A stretch of DNA of 64,000 bases. Origin: Deltaproteobacteria bacterium. GTDB taxonomy: Bacteria; Myxococcota_A; UBA9042; CAIXZC01. Position numbers and translations under genes: made by a program. The notes below the pieces were generated by a model. The model was not told the origin of the DNA and did no database searches. It saw only the letters and a list, made by a program, of their open reading frames with translations. Shown here piece after piece: positions 47,485 to 58,810 of this stretch. Where the stretch lies: the NCBI GenBank assembly GCA_016875215.1, contig VGRX01000002.1:5805-69804 (forward strand), written 5' to 3'. How positions within the stretch are numbered: the stretch's first letter is position 1; every line of letters starts with the position of its first letter.

Positions 47485-49125
47485 TCAGTTGTAGAACTGC
47501 GGGAACCGGCTGAACGTGACCGCTCCGAAGAGGTTGACGAGGAAACACACCCCGACGAGCGAGTAGAAGAGCCACCCCCGCTTCCTCTCGTCCAATGCCA
47601 ACAATAGGAACAGCAGGGGCATGTAGTCCAGGGCGAAGCGGTAGCCGAACTGGAGCCAGCCCGTGTTCTGGTAGAGCAGGCCGGGAAGCGCGGTGCACGC
47701 GACAGTGACCCAGAGGATGCGGTGCAGCGGCCAGTGGAAACGCTCCCGGCTTGCCGTGTCCGCGTGCTCCCTCCTGGGCCAGAGCAGATAGAAGAAGACC
47801 GGCGTGGTGGCCAGCAGCGAGAGGCCGTGTCCCGTGATCTTCACGTAAGGGTAGTGGGGCAGGAACTGGGGCACGTTGGCGAACGCCGCGGCCAGGTTCC
47901 TCGGCAGAAACCAGAACGAGAACATCCCGTGATCCACGATGGACGGGCGGGTCCCATCCGCCAGGAACTTGTGGCCGAACTCGAACGGATTGTCGAAGCG
48001 GGCCATGTTGTACAGCATGAGCGCCACCCCGACCGCGATGCAGGGGGCCGCAAACAGGGCGAGCTGCCTGACCCTCAGCAGGATCCCCGCCCGGTTCCAC
48101 GGCTGCTTCTGGAGGAGCCACTGGAGGCCGAAGTAGGCCGAGGCGAACGCGAGCGGCGTTCGGGTGGCAAACCCGAGGGCCAGGAACAGGCCGGCCAGGA
48201 ACGGAGAGCGCAGATCCGTCGCAAACAGCAGGTAGAGCAGGTGCATGGTGATGCCCACGACCAGTGCGGTGAACCAGACCTCCCCCCGGATGCTCGAGAA
48301 GAAGTTGACCGTGCCGAAGGTGAACAGGAAGACCAGCACGAGCAACTCCGCCGTGCTGCGGGTCACATACCCGCGCTTGCGCAGCGACTGGTACAGCAGG
48401 TAGAGCAGCAGCGAGTTGAGCGCGGCCAGCGCCAGGGTGAACAGGACGTCGTTGAAGTGGTAGTGGACCAGGGCCACGAAGGGGAGCATGGCCACGGCCG
48501 GGAACGGGGGGAACGAGACGAAGTGGCGGCGGTTCAGGCAGGTGGTGCGGGTCATTCCGACGCCGCAGTTGCGGGCCGTCCCCGTGCTTCCCGCTTCGGC
48601 AAGACATGCACCGTTCTCTGCATCGAAGCGATCGCGGGCATCCCAGGCGGCCACGGCCCCGGGGTCTTCACCGGGGAACGGACGGGGATGGCACACCCGC
48701 TTGATGTCACGGGTTCGGTCGAACTCCGCCCAGTCGCCGGAGAGGGTGACGAACCGGTTCTTCCACTCGAAGCCGGATTCCTTCTCCTTCTTGGCTGCCC
48801 AGGGCCAGACCCCCTTGAACAGCTCGCCGGTCTGGAGCACCGCCTCGTAGTACGAGACCCAGTCGTTCCAGCCGCCCGAGGCAATCTGCCGGTCGATGGC
48901 CTCCTGGAGCCCGGGGGGATCGTCGGGAAGCACCGGCTTTCCCTTGCTCCGCTTGGGGGTCACCGTGTCCAGCCGGCCGTGCATGAACGACTCGGCCAGG
49001 TCGACGAAGTGGAAGTGCGGGGACGGCTGCCAGACGCGGTCCCACGATGCCAGGGCCAACCCGCCGAATGCGATCAGGAAGACGAGCACGCCAATCAGCC
49101 AGCCAGGGAATCTCGAACGCCGCAT
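47485..49125 (-). CDS. Polytopic inner-membrane protein, GT-C-like/DUF2079-like (function uncertain)
   Basis: About 12 predicted TM helices with a ~170-aa periplasmic loop after TM1. GAGG RBS. Start chosen at MRRSRFPGWLIGVLV. Confidence 0.5.
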   Translation of the reverse strand: MRRSRFPGWLIGVLVFLIAFGGLALASWDRVWQPSPHFHFVDLAESFMHGRLDTVTPKRSKGKPVLPDDPPGLQEAIDRQIASGGWNDWVSYYEAVLQTGELFKGVWPWAAKKEKESGFEWKNRFVTLSGDWAEFDRTRDIKRVCHPRPFPGEDPGAVAAWDARDRFDAENGACLAEAGSTGTARNCGVGMTRTTCLNRRHFVSFPPFPAVAMLPFVALVHYHFNDVLFTLALAALNSLLLYLLYQSLRKRGYVTRSTAELLVLVFLFTFGTVNFFSSIRGEVWFTALVVGITMHLLYLLFATDLRSPFLAGLFLALGFATRTPLAFASAYFGLQWLLQKQPWNRAGILLRVRQLALFAAPCIAVGVALMLYNMARFDNPFEFGHKFLADGTRPSIVDHGMFSFWFLPRNLAAAFANVPQFLPHYPYVKITGHGLSLLATTPVFFYLLWPRREHADTASRERFHWPLHRILWVTVACTALPGLLYQNTGWLQFGYRFALDYMPLLFLLLALDERKRGWLFYSLVGVCFLVNLFGAVTFSRFPQFYN

Positions 49126-49229
49126 TGCTCTACTTGCCTCGGGCCGTGGTGCCGGCGACCATCGACCCCTCGACATTGCTCGGGGCAGGCCATCGACCAT
49201 CCGGCTCGTGTCCTGCCGCCCTCCTGCCT

Positions 49230-49991
49230 CTACCTGTGCGGATCGAACAGGTGGAAGGTGATCGTCGCGGTCGGCGCAACGGTCCACGTGCTCACGGCAC
49301 CCTCCGGATAGGCCTTCGCCTCCGGGTCGAACTTGCACAGGAACTTGTCATACGAGGACTTGATGAACTTCAGGTCCACGCCCAGCGATACCGTCTTGAT
49401 GACCTTGTAGTCCGCCCCCAGGCCGAACTCGAAGTCGGTCCCTTCCCAGCCGGCCCCGTCCTCGGGGTTGTAGTGGTACCCGGTCATGTTGAAGAACCCG
49501 TACCCGAAGTAGAGGTTCACGTCATACTTGCGCTTGAACATGGCTGCGGTCCAGGAAGCGCCGTCCGGCAGGCTTTCGGGCTTGCGGGTGGCGAGCTTCC
49601 CGAACAGCGCGGTGAATTGGAGCGGGTAGAGGCGGAGGATGGCAGCGGCATGGCCGGCACCTTCCCAGGTGTCCCCCACGGACATCTTGTTGCCGTGCGC
49701 CAGGACGCCGGCCTCGAGGCTGCCGTATCCCATCACGTTGTAGCCCAGCTTCAGCCCGGCCGCAAAGCCGGAGCCGGTGTCGGTGCGGACCGTGTCTCCC
49801 GAGGCGGGCCCGCCCCAGGGAGACAGGCACTGACACGTTTCGTCGAAGCGGAGCGGAATGTCCCTGTCCCCATAGACCAGTGCACCGCCCAGGTCGAAGC
49901 CGAAGTAGAGCCCTCCCCGGGCCAGTGCCGGTGGCGAAAGCAGCAGCAGCGGGAGCAGGACCAGCGCGCTAATACTGGAGCGATGGATCAT
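49230..49991 (-). CDS. Outer-membrane beta-barrel protein (OmpA-like / OmpW-like beta-barrel)
   Basis: Signal peptide. Alternating amphipathic beta-strands and a C-terminal aromatic residue pattern (ITFHLF). Confidence 0.6.
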   Translation of the reverse strand: MIHRSSISALVLLPLLLLSPPALARGGLYFGFDLGGALVYGDRDIPLRFDETCQCLSPWGGPASGDTVRTDTGSGFAAGLKLGYNVMGYGSLEAGVLAHGNKMSVGDTWEGAGHAAAILRLYPLQFTALFGKLATRKPESLPDGASWTAAMFKRKYDVNLYFGYGFFNMTGYHYNPEDGAGWEGTDFEFGLGADYKVIKTVSLGVDLKFIKSSYDKFLCKFDPEAKAYPEGAVSTWTVAPTATITFHLFDPHR

Positions 49992-52257
49992 CGTAGCTTC
50001 CTCCTTCTTCGTCCTGGGGGGCCGGCCCCCCGGCCTTCCTCTTGTGATACACCTTCATGAGCCACGTCTTCAACACGGAATCCATCTTCCTTGCAATAGC
50101 GGGGCGCTCTTCGATGAGGTTGGTCCTCTCATTCGGATCCTCGACCCAGTCGTAGAGCGAGTACAGGTCCTCCCGCCGGTCCCAGAGGTAGTTGTATCGG
50201 CCGTTTCGGACCGCCACCCCCAGCAGCGGCTCGGTGCCCTGGTCGATCTTCTCCTTGAGGTAGAACTGGTGGAACACGTACCGGTCCGGCCACTCGCCCT
50301 GCCCGAGCAGGAGGGGCACCAGGCTGGTCCCCTCGAACTGCGCCTCCACCGGAAGCGCCACGAGATTGGCCAGCGTCGGGAAGAGGTCGATCAGGCTGAC
50401 CGGTGTCTCCTGGATCCGCCTCGGCTTGATGTAGCGTGAGCAGATGAGGAGCGGCACGTGCACCGTGCTCGTCTGCAGGTCGTACCCGTGCGTGTGCTTG
50501 GCGTGCTTCTTGTCGAACGTGGAGCCGTGGTCGGACGAGAACACGAGAATGTAGCCGTCCTTCTTGTTGGCCTGCCGGATCGCTTCGAGGAGCGGCTTCA
50601 TGTTCCGGTCCACGGATTCCACCTCCGCATCGTACATGTCGCTGCGCGAGGTGCCGAACAGCGTGGAATCCTCGGGTTGGGCAAAGGGAGGATGGTTGTC
50701 GTAGTAGTGGACCCACAGGAAGAGGGGCTTGGTCCGCTTGCGTCGCACGTGGGTCAGGGCCGCGTCGGTCACCTGTTTTGCGTTGTGGATCTTGGGTCCC
50801 TGGCGGGCCCGCGTCCTGGCTCCGGAAGTATCCACCTTGTCGAACCCTTGCAGCAGCCCCTTCCAACGGGAGGTGAAGTACGCGTTCGGGACCACGGCCA
50901 CGGTCTCGTAGCCGGCCTGCTGGAATGCCTCTGCCAGCGTGTGGTTCTCGGCCAGGAGCGGGTGGGGTACCTTGAGGCTCTCGCCCAGCTTGACCTGTGT
51001 GTCGAACAGACCGGTGAAGGTGGCGCCGAAGGACAGGCGGGTGCTCGGCCCCTGGGAGAACGCCTTGTCGAACGAGACGCACTCGCGGGACAGCTCGTCG
51101 ATGTTCGGGGTGATGTCCCGCTTGTAGCCCATGAAGCCGACGCGGCGGGCCGCCAGGGCATCGTCGGTGATGAGGAAGACCGGGAGGCGCTTGTCCCCCA
51201 GGGGACCGGGGAGCGGGTAGTCCCACCGCCCTCTCTTGAGCGTCGCCCGTACCACGTCCGCACCGTCGCAATCCTCGTCGATGCCGTTGCCCGGGATGTC
51301 GAGCGCCGCAGGCGAGATGTCCCTGTCGTCCGGCGCACAATCCCCTCCGGCGAACGCGTGCATGTAGCCGTCACGGTCCCGGTCGAGCAGCTTGACCATG
51401 ACCTTCCAGGCCAGCCGCGTGCCCAGCGTCCTCTGGAAGAACTGGCGCGCATGCGTATCACGCTGGGGCAGCAGGATCGCCCCGGCACTGGCGAGCACGG
51501 CGAGGCTCAGGAAGGCAACGGCAAACACCCAGGCGACCCGCGGCCGGTCCAGCCAGATGGCCAGCACGCCACCGGCCGAGAACCCGACGAGCAGTGTGGC
51601 CAGGATTGCTGCCGGCGTTTGCCACGGCGACAGCCGCACCGCCTCCCGGAACTGCCACAGGAACCAGCCGCCGGCCGCGGCAGCCAGCCCGATTCCAAGC
51701 AGCACCGGGAACACCCGCCGCGACCAGGAGAGCCGCAGGACCGGTATCCGGGCAGCACAGGAGGCCCCCAACCCTCCCAACCCCGAGATGAACAGGAACG
51801 CAGGCAGGAAGAGCACGAAAGCCCCTGCGGTCGCAGCGACCGAGAGGATGGCCTGGAATTTCGCCTGGACCACCTCCTGCGCAATGTAGCGACACACCAG
51901 GAACGAGGCGACCGCTGATGCCGAAAACCACACGGCAAGCCCGATTCCGGTCAGCAGGAGCCGGAACCCGCCCTCCGGGCCCCCCCGCACCAGCATCCGG
52001 GCCAGGGCCACAACCCGCTCGGCCAGCACCGCATACGGATTCTCACGGCCCAGCACGACACGGAGGAACAACGCTGCCAGCAGCACCGCGGGAACGACCA
52101 CCGCCACCAGGAAGAACAGCGAAGCGAGCGCATGCACCGGCCGCGCCTCACCCCCCACGCCAAGATCCACTGTCCACAGGGCCAGGACCGAGAACAGACC
52201 GGCAGACAACATCGCAGAAAACGGTCCGATTCCGGTTCTGGGCGCGCGGTCCGGCAA
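49969..52257 (-). CDS. Membrane-anchored sulfatase-like hydrolase/transferase (alkaline phosphatase superfamily; LtaS/EptA-like architecture)
   Basis: N-terminal domain of about 270 aa with 6-8 TM helices. A Cys-repeat snippet DIPGNGIDEDCDG. The C-terminal region has sulfatase-family blocks (FSSDHGS, DLFPT). TTG start at 52257; alternative ATG at 52212. Confidence 0.65.
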   Translation of the reverse strand: MPDRAPRTGIGPFSAMLSAGLFSVLALWTVDLGVGGEARPVHALASLFFLVAVVVPAVLLAALFLRVVLGRENPYAVLAERVVALARMLVRGGPEGGFRLLLTGIGLAVWFSASAVASFLVCRYIAQEVVQAKFQAILSVAATAGAFVLFLPAFLFISGLGGLGASCAARIPVLRLSWSRRVFPVLLGIGLAAAAGGWFLWQFREAVRLSPWQTPAAILATLLVGFSAGGVLAIWLDRPRVAWVFAVAFLSLAVLASAGAILLPQRDTHARQFFQRTLGTRLAWKVMVKLLDRDRDGYMHAFAGGDCAPDDRDISPAALDIPGNGIDEDCDGADVVRATLKRGRWDYPLPGPLGDKRLPVFLITDDALAARRVGFMGYKRDITPNIDELSRECVSFDKAFSQGPSTRLSFGATFTGLFDTQVKLGESLKVPHPLLAENHTLAEAFQQAGYETVAVVPNAYFTSRWKGLLQGFDKVDTSGARTRARQGPKIHNAKQVTDAALTHVRRKRTKPLFLWVHYYDNHPPFAQPEDSTLFGTSRSDMYDAEVESVDRNMKPLLEAIRQANKKDGYILVFSSDHGSTFDKKHAKHTHGYDLQTSTVHVPLLICSRYIKPRRIQETPVSLIDLFPTLANLVALPVEAQFEGTSLVPLLLGQGEWPDRYVFHQFYLKEKIDQGTEPLLGVAVRNGRYNYLWDRREDLYSLYDWVEDPNERTNLIEERPAIARKMDSVLKTWLMKVYHKRKAGGPAPQDEEGGSYDDPSLQY

Positions 52258-52430
52258 CCTCTCCTCCTTTGCAACAACCGGGCGGCATCATAAGAGTTTC
52301 CCCGTGCGGGCGCAACCGAATCCTGCGCGCTCCGCGTGGGGGCACGATTTTTTTTGCTTGCAACGCAGATCCGTCGGTGTTACGAGGAGCCTTAGGCACT
52401 GAGCCATAATGCAACCATAGGGGAAAAGAG

Positions 52431-52694
52431 ATGACGAAGGCTGAACTGATCGATGCGGTGAAGGGTGACCTGACGAAGAAGGCAGCGGCGGAGTTCGTGG
52501 ACGGTCTCTTCGAGACGCTGAAGACCGCGCTCAAGAAGAGCGGCAAGTTCGCGTACCCCGGATTCGGCACCTTCACGGTGAAGACCCGCAAGGCCCGCAA
52601 GGGAAAGAACCCCCGGACGGGCAAGCCCATCAACATCCCGGCGAGCAAGACCGTGCAGTTCCGCGCCGCCGCAGCGTTGAAGGGAAAGCTGTAG
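52431..52694 (+). CDS. hup: DNA-binding protein HU
   Basis: 87 aa with typical HU arm GFGTFTVKTRKARKGKNPRTGKPINIP. Confidence 0.9.
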   Translation: MTKAELIDAVKGDLTKKAAAEFVDGLFETLKTALKKSGKFAYPGFGTFTVKTRKARKGKNPRTGKPINIPASKTVQFRAAAALKGKL

Positions 52695-52709
52695 CCGTAC
52701 TGTGCGACA

Positions 52710-52736
52710 TGCGGGCCTCCGAATTGGGGGCCCGCA
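52710..52736 (+). terminator. Stem-loop TGCGGGCC-N11-GGCCCGCA 16 nt after the hup stop
   Basis: 8-bp perfect stem, no T-tract. Confidence 0.4.
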
Positions 52737-52810
52737 CAACTGACCCGAGCCTGGTTGGCCGCCCCGGCGGGTGGCACGTCCGTGTTCCGACTTCAGTTCA
52801 GGGTCCATAA

Positions 52811-54445
<1,635 letters not shown>

Positions 54446-54452
54446 GAGGGGC

Positions 54453-56846
54453 ATGGACAAGTACTGCCCCACGTGCTCCAGGCGGTATCCGGCGGACCTG
54501 ACCGACTGCCCGCAAGACGGCTCCAACCTCGTCGCATTGCCCGACGACAACCTGACCGGTCAGCTCATCGACCGACGGTACCAGGTCCTCGAACGGATCG
54601 GTCGCGGCGGCATGGGGGTGGTCTACAAGGCCGAGCACGTCATGCTCCGCCGGACCGTGGCGCTCAAGGTGCTGAGACGGGAGATCGTGGAGGACGAGCA
54701 CTCGGTCCGCCGCTTCATGAACGAGGCCAGGACCATCGCGTCGCTGCGCAACCCGCACACCGTGATGCTGTTCGACTTCGGGGCAACTCCGGACGGCGCC
54801 CTCTACTACACGATGGAGTTCCTCACCGGACGCTCCGTCGGCGACCTCATCCGAACCGTTGGGGCCATCCACCACCGCCGGACCGTCGACATCGTGCTGC
54901 AGGTCTGCGACTCGCTCGAGGAGGCCCACGAGAAGGGGATCCTCCACCGGGACATCAAGCCGGACAACATCTTCCTGACGCGGGAGCGGGGGCAGGAGAT
55001 CGCCAAGGTGCTCGACTTCGGCATCGCCAAGCTCCTGGGGACCGACCCGGAAGGGGGAACCCTGACCCGCACCGGAATGGTGTGCGGAACCCCCCAGTAC
55101 CTCAGCCCGGAACAGGTATCGGGAGAGCCCGTCGGCCCTTCGAGCGACCTCTACGCCCTGGGCGTCGTCCTGTACGAGATGCTGTCCGGCACCCCGCCGT
55201 TCATCGCCCCGACTCCGCTCAAAGTCATGCTCCAGCACGTCCAGGATCAGGCCCCCCCCATCCTGGAGCGGAACCCCGGCGTCGAGATTCCGGACTCGCT
55301 GCAGCGTTTCGTGGACCGGGCCCTGGCCAAGAGCCCGAAAGACCGGTTCGGGACCGCAGGGGAATTCCGGGACGCGCTGCGACGCGCAGGGGAGGTTTCC
55401 GGGGTTGGAGGCCGGGAGCAGGGGTTGGAGGCATCGAGCAAGGAGCTTCGCAGTCCGCAGCCCGCAACTGACTCCAGGTTGCAGGTGGCCGCCCGGGAGA
55501 CGCTGGATGCCGAAACGGGTCCCGCAGATGCGTTTGCCGGGACGCTGGATGCCGTGACGACGCCGGTCCGAGGGTCACACAGCCCCGACCACGCGGGAGG
55601 GGCCGTCGGGGCACCGGCACACAGCCCCGACCACGCGGGAGGGGCCGTCGGGGCGCCGCCAGATGCAGTGGGGTCGGCGGAAGTGGCAGCGGCAGATGCG
55701 TTTGCCAGGACGCTGGATGCGGTCCGAACGCCGGTCCGAGGGTCACACAGCCCCGACCACGCGGGAGGGGCCGTCGGGGCGCCGGCACACAGCCCCGACC
55801 ACGCGGGAGGGGCCGTCAGGGCGCCGGCACACAGCCCCGACCACGCGGGAGGGGCCGTCGGGGCAGCGGCAGATGCAGTGGGATCCGCGGGAGTGGCAAC
55901 GGCAGATGCGTTTGCCAGGACGCTGGATGCGGTCCGGACGCCGGTCCGAGGGTCACACAGCCCCGACCACGCGGGAGGGGCCGTCGGGGCACCGGCACAC
56001 AGCCCCGACCACGCGGGAGGGGCCGTCGGGGCGCCGGCACACAGCCCCGACCACGCGGGAGGGGCCGTCGGGGCACCGGCAGTTGCACTGGGGTCGGCCC
56101 GCGGCCGCAGGAAGCTGTGGCCCTGGCTTCTGGCTGTCGGCGCGGCCGCAGCGGTTCTGGCCGGACTCCTCGGTCCCGGATTGTGGAACCCCCAGGGCTC
56201 CTCCCCTTCGACGGAGGAACCCGCTGCCGGAAAGGCCTCCTCCGCTTTGCCCGCGGAGCGCGACGGGACTGAAGCGTCACCACCCTCCCCGAGCTCCGGG
56301 GGGACAGCGGATGTCTCCGGCAAGCCGGAAGACGTCCGTTCGGAATCGCATCGAACCGGCCCCGCCGGGAAGGGAGAGGGGGGGGGCGGGGAGCGCACGC
56401 CGGAATCGACCGGGCGCCCGAGGCGCATGCCGGAGCTGGAGGCACGATCTTCGACGGCGGGGGGTGCTGAGGGGGCGCAGGGGGCCGACGTCAAAGCCGG
56501 GACAGCCACCGGCGAGGCAACGGGTACACCGCCCGGCGCCGGGGGAACACCGGCCCATGCTGCAGCAGATGTCGTTCCAGGCGGTGCCGAGGCCTCGGAT
56601 GCCCTTCCCTCTCCGCCTGGAGAGAAGACTCCGGAAGAGGTTGGACCGGGCAGCACGAACTCAGCCGAGACGAAGCCTGCCGAGGATGCCCTTGGTGAGA
56701 AGAAGCCCGGTGAGAAGAAGCCCGGTGAGAAGAAGCCCGGTGAGAAGAAGCCCGGTGAGAAGAAGCCGGGAGGCAAGAAACCTGGCGGCAAGAAGACCCC
56801 GGGCGACGGGTGGGTCGAGGAGGTGGAGAAGCTCCCCGAGCCGTAG
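54453..56846 (+). CDS. Ser/Thr protein kinase with N-terminal Cys4 zinc ribbon, repetitive linker, TM helix and extracytoplasmic K/P/G/E-rich tail
   Basis: CPTCSRRYPADLTDCPQDG ribbon. Kinase subdomains I-XI (GRGGMGVVYKA, HRDIKPDN, DFG, SPEQ). Repeat region. TM LWPWLLAVGAAAAVLAGLLG. Starts 8 nt after the pyrG stop. Confidence 0.85.
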   Translation: MDKYCPTCSRRYPADLTDCPQDGSNLVALPDDNLTGQLIDRRYQVLERIGRGGMGVVYKAEHVMLRRTVALKVLRREIVEDEHSVRRFMNEARTIASLRNPHTVMLFDFGATPDGALYYTMEFLTGRSVGDLIRTVGAIHHRRTVDIVLQVCDSLEEAHEKGILHRDIKPDNIFLTRERGQEIAKVLDFGIAKLLGTDPEGGTLTRTGMVCGTPQYLSPEQVSGEPVGPSSDLYALGVVLYEMLSGTPPFIAPTPLKVMLQHVQDQAPPILERNPGVEIPDSLQRFVDRALAKSPKDRFGTAGEFRDALRRAGEVSGVGGREQGLEASSKELRSPQPATDSRLQVAARETLDAETGPADAFAGTLDAVTTPVRGSHSPDHAGGAVGAPAHSPDHAGGAVGAPPDAVGSAEVAAADAFARTLDAVRTPVRGSHSPDHAGGAVGAPAHSPDHAGGAVRAPAHSPDHAGGAVGAAADAVGSAGVATADAFARTLDAVRTPVRGSHSPDHAGGAVGAPAHSPDHAGGAVGAPAHSPDHAGGAVGAPAVALGSARGRRKLWPWLLAVGAAAAVLAGLLGPGLWNPQGSSPSTEEPAAGKASSALPAERDGTEASPPSPSSGGTADVSGKPEDVRSESHRTGPAGKGEGGGGERTPESTGRPRRMPELEARSSTAGGAEGAQGADVKAGTATGEATGTPPGAGGTPAHAAADVVPGGAEASDALPSPPGEKTPEEVGPGSTNSAETKPAEDALGEKKPGEKKPGEKKPGEKKPGEKKPGGKKPGGKKTPGDGWVEEVEKLPEP
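55525..56075 (+). repeat. Nested in-frame tandem repeats inside the kinase gene: 42-bp unit (AHSPDHAGGAVGAP) arranged in about 3 higher-order units of ~160 bp (DAFARTLDAV.TPVRGSHSPDHAGGAVGAP...)
   Basis: Near-identical DNA copies of cacagccccgaccacgcgggaggggccgtcggggc(a/g)ccggca and the flanking cagatgcgtttgcc... block are seen directly. Confidence 0.6.
56697..56801 (+). repeat. 15-bp in-frame tandem repeat gagaagaagcccggt x4 plus 3 degenerate units (EKKPG / GKKPG)
   Basis: Seen directly in the sequence at the kinase C-terminus. Confidence 0.6.
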
Positions 56847-56923
56847 GCGCCCGAAGCGGACGATCCCCAGCCCCTGTGCATCGTGCCCCGGATGTTCCGT
56901 CCCCATCGGTCCGTGCCCCGTCA

Positions 56924-58810
56924 CTACTTCTTCGGGCACTTCCTGGGATCGAACTTCTTGCCTGCAGCCTTGCGGTACTTGTCCTTGTTCGTCTTGAGCC
57001 ACACCTGGATGCGTTCCTTGTTGATCAGGTAGGCCCGGATGGAATCGGCAGGAGCATCGGAACCGGACTCGCGGGCCAGCATCTTGAGACGCGCGATGTC
57101 CTGGTCGAACCGGGCAATCTGGGCAACCAGGTCGCAGCTCTCGCTGAACAGGAACTCCGGGCTCTGGAGGTGAGCGACCCGGTCCCGGGTCACCTGCATC
57201 TGCTTCTCGACGTGTGCGATTGCCTTGCAGTTGACCGAGTCGGGAGCATCGAGGGTGCAGTGCTTTCGATTGGCGCCGATGAGGAGGTCGCCGAGCGCCA
57301 TGGCCCGCTCGAACCCGACGATGGTCCCTTCGTGGACGTCCGAAACGTAGTACCGGTTCTGGTCATTGTACCACAGTGTGGCACGGGCCAGCTCGTCCGG
57401 TGGAAGATCCGGCACCAGCACTCCGGCAATGTCCCCGCAGCGGTGTCTGCACACGTACTCGAACAGGTCCGCCATGGGGCAGAGGATGTCCCCCGGCTGG
57501 TAGAACGCGGAGAGCCTGCCCAAGGCCTTTGCACAGTCGGTGTCCATCGACATGTCGCTGACCACCCGCCGGGTCATGGCGCAGTTGTACTTCCTCGCCA
57601 GGGAGGCATGATTGGCGAGGAAGGCCCGCACGTTGTCCGGCTGGTTGCGCTTGGCCATGTTGGCGAACCACTGCTCGGTCAGCCGGTCGAGAGTGCTCAC
57701 ACAATCGCATACCGGCTCCGGGGCCTTGGCCGCGCAGGCATCCGCCGTGTAACCCCGGACCCGGGTGAGCATCTCGAGCACACGCTCCGCTTCCTCGGGC
57801 GGCGATTCCTCGAAGCGGCTCGTCACCATGGCGATGGCCCCCCGGGCCACGTCCACCGGAGACATCAGCGGCAGAAGGAGGTCCACGAGCTCCGGGCAGC
57901 CCCGATCGAGCGCCTGGGTGAGCAGGCTCGGCTCGATGCAGGCCTGGACCCCGGTGTCGAGCAGGATGCGGAACACCTCGGGCCGGCAGTCGGTGTTGGC
58001 TATGTTGCGCACAGCCGTCGTCCACGCACGGGCGCACGGCAACCCCTTGAGCAGGTCCCCGTGCCGCTTCGCCAGATCCTTGAGCAGCGTGGTCTGCCCG
58101 GTCTTGATGGCCAGCTCGAACTGCCGTTCCACCTCCCGGGCATCGAGCGGCTGCATCGAGCCGTCCGAGGCCGGCACGAGCGGCGCCAGGATCACCGTGC
58201 GCAAGGTCTCGACGCACTGGTCCGACACGTCCACAGGCTCGGTGCGGGGGGCGTAGCCCTGTGCCGCGACGTGGACGAAGTGCCTTCCCGGCGGGAACCA
58301 CCACGTCAGCGGACAGGTGTACGCAGGGCCCTCGGCCCCGGCAGCCGGGTAGACCTGCGCTTCCCTGGGCTCACACGCGATGGTCACCTTGCGATGGGTA
58401 TCGATGAGTGCGGACTGCACCTCCTGGAGGCGAGCCCTCGTCTTGGCAGCCTTTCCCTCCTCTCTTGCGGCCACGAAAAGGGTCAGGTGATGCCAGGCCT
58501 CGGGCAGCTTCCCCTGCTGGGCATAGGCCAGCCCCAGGGCCCGGTGAACACTGGGCCGGTACTGGTCCTCGATGAGCGGGAGCACCTCGAGCCAGACTGC
58601 CATCGCCTCGTCGATCTGGCCCGCCTTGGCCATGTCGACCGCTGCATTGAACCGGCTCCTGGGATCATCCTGGGCAAATGCAGATGGCTGGCACAGCAGG
58701 AAGAACAGGAGCAGACCGACGCACCGGCGACCACCGACCAAAGCCTGCCCCCAGCGCAGTCGAAGGGGCCATCGACCATCTCTTCGGGCCGTGGCCATTC
58801 CGTCCGGCAT
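56924..58810 (-). CDS. Secreted TPR-repeat + PEGA-domain protein
   Basis: Signal peptide. TPR-like helices (AMAVWLEVLPLIEDQYRPSVHRALGLAYAQQGKLPEAWHHL). PEGA-like beta domain (VTIACEPREAQVYPA...PGRHFVHVAAQGYAPR). The start ATG overlaps the upstream stop in a TGATG arrangement. Confidence 0.65.
   Translation of the reverse strand: MPDGMATARRDGRWPLRLRWGQALVGGRRCVGLLLFFLLCQPSAFAQDDPRSRFNAAVDMAKAGQIDEAMAVWLEVLPLIEDQYRPSVHRALGLAYAQQGKLPEAWHHLTLFVAAREEGKAAKTRARLQEVQSALIDTHRKVTIACEPREAQVYPAAGAEGPAYTCPLTWWFPPGRHFVHVAAQGYAPRTEPVDVSDQCVETLRTVILAPLVPASDGSMQPLDAREVERQFELAIKTGQTTLLKDLAKRHGDLLKGLPCARAWTTAVRNIANTDCRPEVFRILLDTGVQACIEPSLLTQALDRGCPELVDLLLPLMSPVDVARGAIAMVTSRFEESPPEEAERVLEMLTRVRGYTADACAAKAPEPVCDCVSTLDRLTEQWFANMAKRNQPDNVRAFLANHASLARKYNCAMTRRVVSDMSMDTDCAKALGRLSAFYQPGDILCPMADLFEYVCRHRCGDIAGVLVPDLPPDELARATLWYNDQNRYYVSDVHEGTIVGFERAMALGDLLIGANRKHCTLDAPDSVNCKAIAHVEKQMQVTRDRVAHLQSPEFLFSESCDLVAQIARFDQDIARLKMLARESGSDAPADSIRAYLINKERIQVWLKTNKDKYRKAAGKKFDPRKCPKK

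Noticed and set aside
46166-48607. 813-aa ORF that would fuse the phosphoesterase frame to sequence overlapping the membrane-protein gene
   Set aside because: Only the C-terminal 434 aa (from MKRGIH with lipobox) form a coherent metallophosphoesterase. The upstream part is an alternate frame of the real 47485..49125 gene.
55525-56075. Regularly spaced repeats examined as a possible CRISPR array
   Set aside because: The units are contiguous and in frame inside a kinase gene. There are no unique spacers and no cas genes. It is a coding minisatellite.
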